A DNA stretch of 64,000 nucleotides from Mobula hypostoma (taxonomy: Eukaryota), in contig NC_086097.1 in NCBI RefSeq assembly GCF_963921235.1, positions 141,486,001 through 141,550,000 on the forward strand. Reading direction: 5' to 3'. Below the pieces are notes generated by a model. It had not been told where the DNA came from and searched no databases. It worked only from the letters and a program-made list of their open reading frames with translations. Below, in pieces: positions 53,395 to 64,000 of this stretch; positions within the stretch are counted from its first letter, which is position 1; each line of letters opens with the position of its first letter. A program made the position numbers and the translations under genes.

Positions 53395-53633
53395 CTAGGA
53401 CAACACCAAATGAATCTAGAAGTGCATCTCCAAAGAATTTCTTAATGTAGTCCTTAGCATGTTTTGCATTGGAGGTGGTGTGAAGCCCATTTTTTAATAT
53501 ACTAGAGTCAAGCTGAGCCCGAAGGGAATTTGGAAAAGATGTTTTTGCCAGCTGAAGATCTGCAGGTCCCATCAATTCCTTCCATTCCTTAACAGCATTC
53601 TCCTTGGTAAGAATTATAGCCATTAATGGACTC
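53395..53633 (-). CDS. NME8: NME8-like exon: second half of the last NDK domain
   Basis: GTTTTAG|GAGTCC, SPLMAIILTKENAVKEWKELMGPADLQLAKTSFPNSLRAQLDSSILKNGLHTTSNAKHAKDYIKKFFGD, donor G|GTAATT, 239 nt. Resembles the NME8 third NDK domain; NME8 is tail-to-tail with SFRP4 in human. Confidence 0.88.
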
Positions 53634-53975
53634 CTAAAACAACCAAAAGAAAATATTAATGAAGTACAAATGATATCCAAAAATGTTACAATACCTTCTT
53701 TCAGTATGATCTGATTGAAAAGGTATAAATTTAACACTCATAAACTATATTGTAATCTTTCTTTTTAAATGAGCAAATAAGAAGCACCATTCTATCGCAA
53801 CACTGTCTCCATTTTAGAAAGGCGTCTCAGATTAAATAATAAAATAAAATACTTCAGGCAATAAAGTTCAGGAATCAAAGCACTTAGTATATGCTTCATG
53901 AAATATGTTTGAAAATGGAAGAAAATTATCATAAATATATAATATAAAATCAAAGCATATGTGATTTACATTTGG

Positions 53976-54290
53976 CAATGTAGTGACGTAGTGGTTAGCA
54001 CAATGCTTTACAGTACCAGCAGCCTGGGCTCAGTTCCTGCTGCTGTCTGTAAGGAGCTTGTACATTCTCTCTGTGACTGCATGGGTTTCCTCAGGGTATT
54101 CTGGTTTCCTCCTGTAATCCAAAGATGTACTATTCAGCAGGTTAATTGGTCATTGTAAATTATCCCTTGATTAGGCTCGGGTTAATCAAGGGATTGCTGG
54201 GCGTCGCGACTCAAAAGGCCGGAAGGGCCTAATCCGCACTTTCTCAATAAATAAATAAATAAATAAACAAACAGACAGACAGACAAACAG
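53976..54290 (+). mobile_element. V-SINE/HE1-like SINE with (AATA)n(AAAC)n(AGAC)n tail
   Basis: tRNA-like head (GTAGTGGTTAGCAC), GGGTTTCCTC..GG...CTGGTTTCCTCC core, simple-repeat tail. Confidence 0.75.
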
Positions 54291-56594
54291 TTGAGTGAAG
54301 TACTAGGTCAAGACTTCATTTAAATTAATTAGATTTAATGATTTACCTGATTTGCTTCCTATGGTAGTGAATTCTACAGGTTCACCACTCACTGGGAGAA
54401 GAGATTTCTCATCAGTTTACCCCTTATCATTAGAATGTAACCCCTGGTCCTGCACTCCCTTGCCTTAAGGATCATCCTTCTCAAATCAAGTCTGTCTAGT
54501 CCCCTTAGAATTGTAGACAATAGTTTCTATGAGATCCCCTCTCATTCTGTAGTGAACATACACTTAACCAACCCAGTTTAAAAAGCACTAGGAAAGGCAG
54601 GGGCTTATTGGGGGCAGTCAACATGGCTCTGTTGATGGGAGATCTTGTCTGGCTAATTTCATTACATATACTGTATTGAGGTCACAACTTAGTTAATGTA
54701 GCAAGATCTTTGACAAGGTCTAACATAGAAGGTAACTCCAAAATGTTGGATCACATGAAGTTCAAGACCAATTGCCAGATTAGATCCACAGGTGGCTTGT
54801 TAATAAGAGATAAAGGGTAATAGCGGGGGGTTGCTTTTGTGATTGAAAGATAGCAACAAATTGTGCAGGATAGGAATTTGTGCGAGAATCATCACTGTTT
54901 GTCATATATAATTTAGATGGGAATGTAGTTGGTACAATTAGTAAGTTTGCAAATGACATGAAAATTCATTGTGTTGTTGAAAATGAGGAGAATAGTCTTT
55001 TGTTACAGAATGATCAGCTGCTTCAGAACAATGGAAAATGAAATTTAGCTGCAAGGTGATGCATTTTTGGAGGTCTGATAAGGATAGAGCACACATTGTA
55101 AATGGTAGGGCTCTAAGGTGAGGAACAGAGGGACCTTGGTATACAAGTTCACAGATCCCAAAATACAGCAGCAAAGTTAGAGGTGGTAGTGAATACAGCA
55201 TTCAGGGTGCTAGCTTTCATTTGCCAGGCATAGAATAGAAGAATGTGAAGGTCTTGGTACAACTATATAAAACTTTGGATAGACCACAACTGGAGCTTTG
55301 TATGCAGTACTGGTTGACACATACTTAATAAGTAGAATGTGATTGCATGAGAGAAGCGGCAAAAGAGATTTATTAAGATGTTGCCTTGAGAGGAGCATTT
55401 CAATACTGAGGAGATACTGGATGGGTGAAGTTTGTTTTGCTCAGAACAGAGGAGACTGAGGGAGAAGATGATTGAGATCTATAAAATTGCAAGGGACATT
55501 GACAGGGTAAATAGAAGGAAATATTTATAAGCAATGGAGACAAATTAATAACAGTGGGTAATAAAATATGGTTCTAAAACATATAGAACCAAAATAAAAA
55601 AAACAAGTAAATGCAGGCATGATTGACCCAATATCTCCTCATACAATTGTCTTTCCACATCAGGAGTCAGTCTGATGAACTTCTATTGCATTCCCTCTAA
55701 GACAAGTGCATCCTTTCTAAGGTCAGAAGAACAAATCTGTTCACAGTACTTTAACGGTAATCTCACTAAAGCCCTGTCTAGTTGGAGCAAGAATTCCTTC
55801 TTCTGTATTCACATTCTCATATAGTGAAGACCCATATACCATTTTCCTTCTTTACTGTTTGCTGCAATTGAATGTGTGTTTTCAGTGATCAGGATACAAA
55901 GACAGCCAGGTCACTTTGTACATTAACATTCCCCAAACTATCACCATTTAAATAATTCTCAGCCTTTCTGTTTTCCCTTCCAAAATGGATAATTTCAAAG
56001 TCACCCTCAGCCTTGCTAATGCAATATCACAATACCATGAGTTTATAACCTTTAAGTAATTCTGTTGAAAGGGCATCAACCTGAAAAATTCTTTCTCTCT
56101 CTGCAGCCTGACATGCTGAATTGTTCCAGCTGCCATAAAATACCTGAAATTAATTATCACAAAGCATAGTTTAATAGTGTCAATCTAATTTCAGATCCTC
56201 CTTTAAATAGTTCTATGACTGGTTTTCTGACATCCAGTTTTTAAATAGTTTGTTTCAAGTCTACATCATTTAAAGAACAGTGACTTAGTTTAGTTTGTTT
56301 CTCTTGACATTTTGACAATATTGTACTGAAGTTAAAATGGGAGATTAGAGTTTACCCGTGAAAGAATGTACAATCCATTAGAATAGGCTGCTTTCCAGTT
56401 AAGACCTGGTGCTGAACAGGTAACACTTTTGTTTTATGATTTGTCAATATTACATTATCATAGCATGTCTCAGACAATCTCGGGATTACTATTCAATGTG
56501 TATTTTTGCAATAATATTCAATATCTTCAGAGTACCACAAAGAGTGGGTGAAATTTTTAACAAGCAAAGTCAATTTACAATCCTAATTACTTAC

Positions 56595-56739
56595 TGAGAC
56601 ACATTTTCAATTAATTGATTGAAGAATGGCTCTTCTTCATAATCCTTGTAGAACTCTGCTGCCATCTCCTGGGACATCACAACGGATTTAATTGCAGAGA
56701 TTATAAAGCTTCCTTCATGGATCTTGGCTATAATAATAT
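56595..56739 (-). CDS. NME8: NME8-like exon: first half of the last NDK domain (absent from the ORF track)
   Basis: CTAG|AT, hand translation IIIAKIHEGSFIISAIKSVVMSQEMAAEFYKDYEEEPFFNQLIENVS, donor CA|GTAAGT, 145 nt, joins in frame (CA|G) to the 53633 exon. Upstream exons presumably lie beyond the window. Confidence 0.88.
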
Positions 56740-57984
56740 CTAGTGTTTAAAATGATAAAAAGTAACATAAGATAAAATGAAAAATTGGAATACAAGCAGA
56801 TCATTTGATTCATCCTAGGATCATGAATGAGCTTCTATCTCAACACCACTTTCCTATCCTATCCCACATGCCTTAGACTTTTTATATCTAGAAACATATT
56901 GATCTTTATTGTAAATACAATTGATGACTGAGCCCTCTAGTGAGAGAATTTCAAAGATTCATCACCCTCTGAGTGAAGATATTTCAGTCCTAAAAAGTCT
57001 AACTCTTACTTTGGAACTGTGACCCTTGGTCAAAATGTCAAAAGATATTTGTTTAGGTACATGGATATGAAGGGTTTAGAGAGATATGGGTCAAATGTGG
57101 GCAAACGCGACTAGCTTGATTGGCATCATGGTTGGCATAGACAATTTCAGCTGAACAGCCTGTATTAATCTCTGACTCTAGTTCTAAACTCATCCAGGGA
57201 ACTATTCACCCTGCACCTATCCTTACAGGTCCTCTAATAATTTTGTTAGTTTCAGTAAGGTAATAACTTATTACTCTCAAATATAGAGAACAGAGGCACA
57301 GCTCAATCAATCTCACCTCATATGACAGAACCACCTGTCAGTTGATCTTTGCTGCACTTACTTTATTATTTTACTAAGAACAAGATTATACACAACACCT
57401 TTGGTGTACCCTCACCTGGGGCCTTTATATTTATAAGACATCTTTACTGTTGTACTTAATTGTCTTGCAATGAAAGCCAACAAACCATTCGTTTCCTTAG
57501 TTGCTTGCTGCATCTGCTGTTAGCTTTCTTTGTGTGAGGACATCAATATTTTCCAGTTTCTTGCCATTTTTAAATAGCACTTCTGTTTTTACAGCTATGC
57601 ATAACCTCACAATTTTTCAGCATTGTACGTCATCTGCCATGTTGTTACCCACTCATTTAGCTTATCTATATCCCCATCCCCTTTAGCCTTCTTTACATCC
57701 CACTACTACTCACAGTTCTACTTGGCTTTGTATCATCAGAAAGCTTGTCACATTTGTCACAACCACATCAGTGATACAGATTATTAATGGCTTGCAGTAT
57801 CCCAGTAGTCACACCCTGTGAAGGACCTATTTAAACCAACTTCTTTATATCTGTTAACCAACTCATTATCCACACCAGTATACTACATCCATTTTACATG
57901 CTCTAATTTCATTCATTAATTTCTTCTGTGGGATTCTATTAACATATTTTTAAAAATCCAACACCACCACACTATTCCACATTC

Positions 57985-59490
57985 TCTTTTTTTAAAATTT
58001 TATTTTTATTTGGATAAGTATTCGCAAGTATTACCCAAACTTTTTACATATAAAACCTTTTTCATTTTTTATACATGTATAAATCTATATAGTTATACAT
58101 TCACAAGTACACATTCATGTTTGCTCCTACACACAGACATACTTATCCAATCCCTGTGTACTTATTTACTTCATTTTATCATTTTTTCCCAAATCTTTTT
58201 CTTTACTTGTATTAATTCCATGTTTTCCAGAAATAAAACAGTGAATATTCGAACCAAGGGAGCTTACGTTAACGCTATTACTATGTTGATGAGGAAAGCA
58301 GTATGAACCTTTAGGAGAGTCATCTAAAGTCTGCTTGCATTGAGGTTATAAATTCAATCCATTTATTCCAAGTTTGATAAAACTTTTCTTTTTGAATTCT
58401 CAGACAGTAAGTCATCTTTTTCATTTTAAATATTTCCAAAATAATGTCATGCCAATCTTCTAATGTAGGTGATGTTGGATTTAGCCACTTTCTGGTGATT
58501 GATTTCTTACCTGCCGCTAAAAGGGCCTGCAGAAGCTTTATATCCTTCTTCGGTTCCAAAAACAATACATGCCCCAAATAGAGAGTCTCCAAGTTCAGAG
58601 GTATCTGAGTCTTAAATACCTTAACTAACGTTCTGTGAATACCTTTCCAATATAAACTTAATTTAAGGCAATCCCAAAAAATATGGAAATAGTTTGCCTC
58701 CTTGGAGCCACACCTTCTCCAACATGCCACGTTTGTGTCTTTGTATTTTTCCTGGTATGGAGTCTTGATGTATCTTATAATATTTTTCTAGCAATGTTCT
58801 CTCCAAACCAAAGAGTTAGTTGAAGACCACTGAAATCTGCATATTTTCCCCCAAGCCTCCTCTGAAAGTACCAACCTCGCTTCTTTTTCCCACTTCTCTT
58901 TAATATACAATGTGTTTTCATTTTTGGCATGAGAGAGGGTATTACATAATCGAGAAATTGATTTACTTGGTATTGAGCTGTAAGCTGATTTCAGAATCTT
59001 GAAAAATTCTAATTCTGTTGTTGATAAGTCTGTATATCTAAAACTCTGGTTAAATTAGTGTCGTATTTGAAGATACCTAAAAAAAATCATTGTGTTCCAG
59101 GCCATATTTATCTTGCAGGGATTGAAAACTTTGTAATGCATTTTTATGTGTGAACGAGAGGTAGATTGTAAGACCTTTCTTTATCCATAGTTCAAATCTT
59201 TTATCTCCTCTGCTGGGAAGGAATTCAGTATCATAAGCACACCATCTGAAAAGTTTTAACATGTTGTAGGTTCCACATGAATTAGCCACTTTCTGCCATA
59301 CTTTTAGTGTGAGATTTATCCAGCTGTTTTTAATCTTTTCCAACTGGGCCATCAATCCTTTGTCTGCAATTGAGGCCTGTAGAGGAAAACTGTCAATCAA
59401 TCCAAATTCTAGTTCCTTCCATCTAGCCTTGTACTCCCCATTACACCAATATAACAGACGGGTTATTTGTGAAGTATAAAGATAATCCCA
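57985..59490 (-). mobile_element. 5'-truncated L1-clade LINE
   Basis: CWRRCGSKEANYFHIFWDC zinc-knuckle region, KKSITRKW...W; T-rich run (A-rich tail on - strand) at ~57985. Confidence 0.82.
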
Positions 59491-61402
59491 CTGTCAATCG
59501 AGATCCCACTGCAATTCTTGATACTCCTCTTCATTGCCTGCAACACTACCTATTTTAGTGTTATCAACAAACTTGCTAAGTATTTCTCGTATAGCCTCAT
59601 ACAAATCATTAATATAGATGACAAATAGCAATGGGCCCTGCACTGATCCCTGGGGCACACCACAAGTCAAAGACGTCCAGTTAAGAAATATCCTTTCACC
59701 ATCATCCACTGCTTCCTATCATCCAGCTAGTTTTGTATCCAGTTTTCTAGCTTTCCTTGGATGCCATGTGATCTAACCTTTCAGAGCAGCCCATTATGAG
59801 GAACCTTATCAAAAGCCTTACTACAATCTATATATGCTATATCTACTGCCGTCTCCTCATCAGTTTTCCTTGTCATTTCATCAAAATATTCAAACAAATT
59901 TGTAAGACAAAATCTCCTATGTATAAAGCCAGACTAATCAAACCCTGTCTTTCTAAATGTTAATATATCTTATCTCTCAGAATGCTTTCCAAAACCTTAC
60001 CCCCATGGATGCAGGCTAATGGTTCTATCATTAATTGGTCTATCTTTATAGTCCTTCTTAAGTAAAGGCACATTTGTGATCCAGCAGTCTTCCAGAACTC
60101 CACTAGAGGACGTTGATGCAAATATCTCAACAAGAGTTCCCACAATTTCTTCTCTAGCTTCCCGGACTGTTCTTAGATATGCCTCACTGGGACTTGGAGA
60201 TTTGTCTATATTCATACATCTAATCAAATGCAACACCTCTTTTACTATCATGTGGACTGCTCCCAAAACATCTCTATTAACTTTACCAGATTCCCAGGTC
60301 TTCATATCTTTCTCTGTAGTAAAAACAGAGAAGAAATAATCATTGAGAACTCTATTCATCTCCAGCATCCCACACATATGTTTCCGTCTTGGTGTTTAAG
60401 GGGCTCTATTCTCTCCCTACTCATTTTTCGCCTTATAATATTTCTTAGAATTCTTCTTTATTTTCTCTGCCAAAGCTTTTTCATGCCCTTCTTTCACAAG
60501 TATACTTCAGAGTCCTCTATATACCTCCAGTGGTTCAATTGATCCCAGCTAGCTGTACCTGGCCCAAGCCTCCTTCTTTTTCTTGACCAGTTACAATATT
60601 GCTTGGATTCCAGTATTTCTAACTCACAGCAGCTTTGACTTTTATTTTAACAGGAATATGTAGACCTTTAACTCTTGCTATCTCACCTTAAAAAAACTCC
60701 ACTTGCCATAGGCCCCTTTACCCACAACCAACCAAGCCTTATCAACCTTTGCAAGCAACTGTCTAACACTGTCAAGATTGACTTGCTCCAATACCTAACT
60801 CAAACTTGCAGGCCAGTTCTGCCCCCTTACAGAGCTATTTTAAAACTAATGTAACAATAGTCACTGGTCCCAAAGTGCTCCCCTACCATGTCATCAGTCA
60901 ACTTCCTCTTCCTTATTTCCCAGGATTATATCAAATTTTGTCCCCTTCTCTGGTAGGGTCTTTTATAATGGCTTGAGAAAACTTTTGTCATGGTCCGGAT
61001 CGGGGTCCCTTTAAATTTACCTTGTTTATGTTACGATCCAGACCGTTGATTCCCTGCTTTCCCGTGTCCCTCGACTTTGGTGATTAGAGGCAATTAACAC
61101 TCGGCTGAACCGGTAGTTTATAGTCTCCGGCTTTCAGCCGTTCGGTGCGAGAGCATCTGCAAGGTCACCAAGGTACGCCGTGCCGATGTCATCTGACTGG
61201 AGCAAGCCTAGTCTCCGCCCGAAGCGAGTGCCGGTAATTCGCCTTTCCTTACTGGAGCAACCCTGTCAAGCTACCCCGCTAAAGCAAGCCTGCAAAGTTT
61301 CCTCACTGAGGTGGGTCCATCAGTTAATCCGCTGGAGGGAATCAAGAACCGCTGTCTACTGTTCCCGGGCCGAGGCGAGAGCTTGCCACTACTCAGAGGC
61401 TC

Positions 61403-61705
61403 CAAGTCAAGTCCTGGCTCCGGCGGCATTCTAACACCAAGTCAAGTCCTGGCCCTGGCAGCATTCTAGCACCGTCAAGTCCTGGCCCTGGCGGCATTCT
61501 AGCACCAAGTCAAGTCTAGGCCCTGGCGGCATTCTAGCACCAAGTCAAGTCCTGGCCCTGGTGGCATTCTAGCACCAATTCAAGTCCTTTCCCTGGTGGC
61601 ATTCAAGCACCAAGTCAAGTCCTGGCCCTGGCGGCATTCAAGCACCAAGTCAAGTCCTGTCCCTGGTGGCTTCCCAGTTCTGAGTCAAGTCCTGGCCCTG
61701 GCGGT
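61403..61705. repeat. 35-bp minisatellite, ~8.5 copies
   Basis: Unit CAAGTCAAGTCCTGGCCCTGGCGGCATTCTAGCAC. Confidence 0.93.
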
Positions 61706-61849
61706 CTGTGATTCCTGTCCTACCCCCTTGTCTGAATCCCTTCTCTGCCCCTTTCGCCTCTAGCCCTCGTCTGCAGCCCCCGCCTGCACTTCAGTCCAGT
61801 TCCATCGCCGGAGCTAGATAGGTACTGTCTGGTGTTCATTCGTGTTGGT

Positions 61850-62255
61850 CTTGTCTTGTCTTGTCTTGTCCTGGCCTCCGTGGGGTAAGTCAGGCCGTCT
61901 TGCCGTTGCTCCATGGGGGGTCATGTCTTGTCTTGTCTGGTCCTCGCCTCTGTGGGGGTAAGTCTGGCCGTCTTGCTGTTACTCCGCAGGGGGTCATGTT
62001 TTGTCTTGTCTGGCCCTTGCCTCCATGGGGGTAAGTCTGGCCGTCTTGCCATTGCCCCGCGGGGAGTCATGTCTTGTCCTGTCCTGGCCTCCGTGGGGTA
62101 AGTCAGGCCGTCTTGCCGTTGCCCCGCGGAGGGTCATGAGTCCCGACCCTATGTCCAGTACCCAAGGAGGGGTCCCGGCTCTCTGTTCTGTGTGTGAGTC
62201 CCGGCCCTATGTCCTGTACCCAAGGAGGGGTCCCAACTCTGTGTTCTGTGTATGT
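61850..62255. repeat. ~68-70-bp tandem repeat (4 copies) followed by a ~58-bp repeat (2 copies)
   Basis: Units GTCTTGTCCTGGCCTCCGTGGGGTAAGTCAGGCCGTCTTGCC... and GAGTCCCG.CCCTATGTCC.GTACCCAAGGAGGGGTCCC... Confidence 0.88.
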
Positions 62256-62924
62256 GTCCATGGTTCCATGTACCTGCTCTCCCGAGATTGAGGCTCAGTA
62301 TTCTCATGTTCCTCCTCTCCCTAGCCCATGTCATGTCCATGCCTGGTTCTGGGGTCCGAGCCTGAGGCAAGACCCAAGTACTGGGTCCTTGCCCAGTCTC
62401 GGGCTCGGAGTCCATACCCTAGCCTCTTCATGCCTCCTCTAGTTCTGGGAGCCGATTCTGAGTCCTAGCCCAGACCCTTGGTCCCAGCCTAGTCGTAGTC
62501 CTCAGTCCTTGTCCAGTTCGCTACTCCTGCTCCTGCCTAGCTCTCCTGATATCAAACAATAAACTAAATTTAATTAACCTCACAAGATGAGTCTTGCATT
62601 TGGGTCCACCCTTGCTCCCAATGCCCCCGCCATTGTGATAACTTTACTTAATACACTGAATAAATTACACCTATTATAGATCTTTAACACTATGGCAGCC
62701 AATGTTAGGAAAGGTAAAATCTCCAACAAAGACAGCCCTACCATTTTCACAATCTTCCCTTTGCCCAGTGAATTTCTTCCTTTTATTCCACCAAAAAGTA
62801 TGATTACCTCACAAAGGTAATCATCCCTTTCCTATTTATCCGTTCCACACATAAAGCCTCATCAGATGATCTTTCAATAGTGTCATCTCTAACTTCTGCT
62901 ATGATGTTCCTCTTAATCATAAAG

Positions 62925-64000
62925 ACTATAAGACCATAAGATATAGCAGCAGAATAGGCCATTTGACCCATCGAGTCTATCCAACATTTCATCATGGCTG
63001 ATCCAATTTTCCTCTCAGCCCTAATCTTCTGCCTTCTCCCCACATCCCTTCATACCCTGACCAATCAAGAATCCATCAAACTTTGACTTAAATATGCATA
63101 AAGACTTGGATTTGACTGCTGCCTGTGGCAAAGAATTCCACAGATTCTCTACTCTCTGGCTAAAGAAATTCCTCCTCATCTCTGTTATAAAAGGATGCCC
63201 CTCTATTCTGAAGCTCTGTTCTCTGGTCTTAGATTCTTCCACAATAGGAAACATTCTCTCCACATCCACCCTATCAAGGCCTTTCACCAGTCAATTGGTT
63301 TCAATGAAGTCACCCCTCATTCTTCTGAATTCTAGTGAATACAGGTTGCAAGCCATCAACAGTCTTCATATGACAAGCCTTTCAATCCTGGAATGATTTT
63401 TTTGAACCTTCTTCAGTTTTAGCACATCCTTTCAAAGATAACGGGCCCAAACCTGCTCACGATACTCCAAATGTGGCCTTGCCAGTGCTTTATAAAGTTT
63501 CAACATTATATCCTTGCTTTTATATTCTAGTCCTCTTGAAATGATTGCTAGCATTGCATTTTCCTTCCTCACCACAGACTCAACCTGCAAATTAACCTTT
63601 AGGAAATCCTGCACAAGGACTCCCTCAGCCCTTTGCACCTCAGTTTTTTGTATTTTCTCTCCATTTAGAAAATAGACAACCCTTTCATTTCTTCTATCAA
63701 AGTGCATGACCATACATTTCTTAACACTGTATTCCAACTGCCATTTCTTTGCCCATTCTCCTAATCTGTTGATGTCCCTCTGTAGCCTCTCTACTTCCCC
63801 AGAACTACCTGCCCATCACCTATCTTCATATCGTCTGCAAACTTTGCAACAAAGCCATAAATTCCATCATCCAAATCATTGACATAAAAAGAATTGGTCC
63901 CACCACAGACCCCTGTGGAGCATCACTAGTCACCTCTTTCAGAACTCTGGGTGTACACCATCTGGTCCAGGTGACTTATCTACCTTCAGACCTTTCAGTT
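62925..64000 (-). mobile_element. CR1 LINE running to the window edge
   Basis: ORFs 63021..63287 and 63432..63737; CATAAGA tail repeat; FADD region near 63835. Confidence 0.88.

Larger units (their letters stand above)
60986..62640 (+). mobile_element. Solo LTR-like element (1655 bp) with internal minisatellites
   Basis: Starts TGTCA, ends TGATA (one change from TGACA). 5-bp TSD ACTTT at 60981-60985 and 62641-62645. AATAAA at 62558-62563. GC/CpG-rich. Confidence 0.78.
59494..62920 (-). mobile_element. Degraded CR1 (endonuclease + RT) interrupted by the solo LTR
   Basis: GVPQGSVQGPLLF, DKSPSP motifs; endonuclease-like text continues across 60985/62641. Confidence 0.72.

Noticed and set aside
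53243..53737. 164-aa stand-alone ORF
   Set aside because: NDK similarity is confined to 53395-53633 between AG and GT sites; the flanks look like intronic read-through.
61403..61705. CRISPR-like 35-bp repeats
   Set aside because: Units are head-to-tail with no unique spacers, there are no cas genes, and the context is vertebrate: a minisatellite.

Overview
Vertebrate genomic DNA, by repeat landscape most likely a cartilaginous fish such as a ray (inference). It is not prokaryotic and has no CRISPR, rRNA or true tRNA genes. It holds a complete six-exon SFRP4 gene on the + strand (CDS 11682-27812, 340 aa, all introns GT-AG and phase-consistent). Converging on it from the - strand is the 3' end of an NME8-like (thioredoxin/NDK) gene. 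Its last NDK exon appears to splice in frame to a 270-aa acidic exon built from 14-aa repeats that decay past the stop codon. Most of the rest is transposable elements: CR1, L1, RTE, Rex/Babar, Nimb and Penelope-like retroelements, SINEs, Harbinger and Tc1 derivatives, and a solo LTR. Many have visible target-site duplications and several are nested. The most notable signal is in a young CR1 (42326-45921). Its ORF1 ends on a canonical U_UUA_AAC slippery heptamer, and ORF2 lies in the -1 frame with no AUG upstream of the endonuclease domain, suggesting programmed -1 ribosomal frameshifting. Family names come from motif recognition, not database searches, and ends of degraded elements are approximate.
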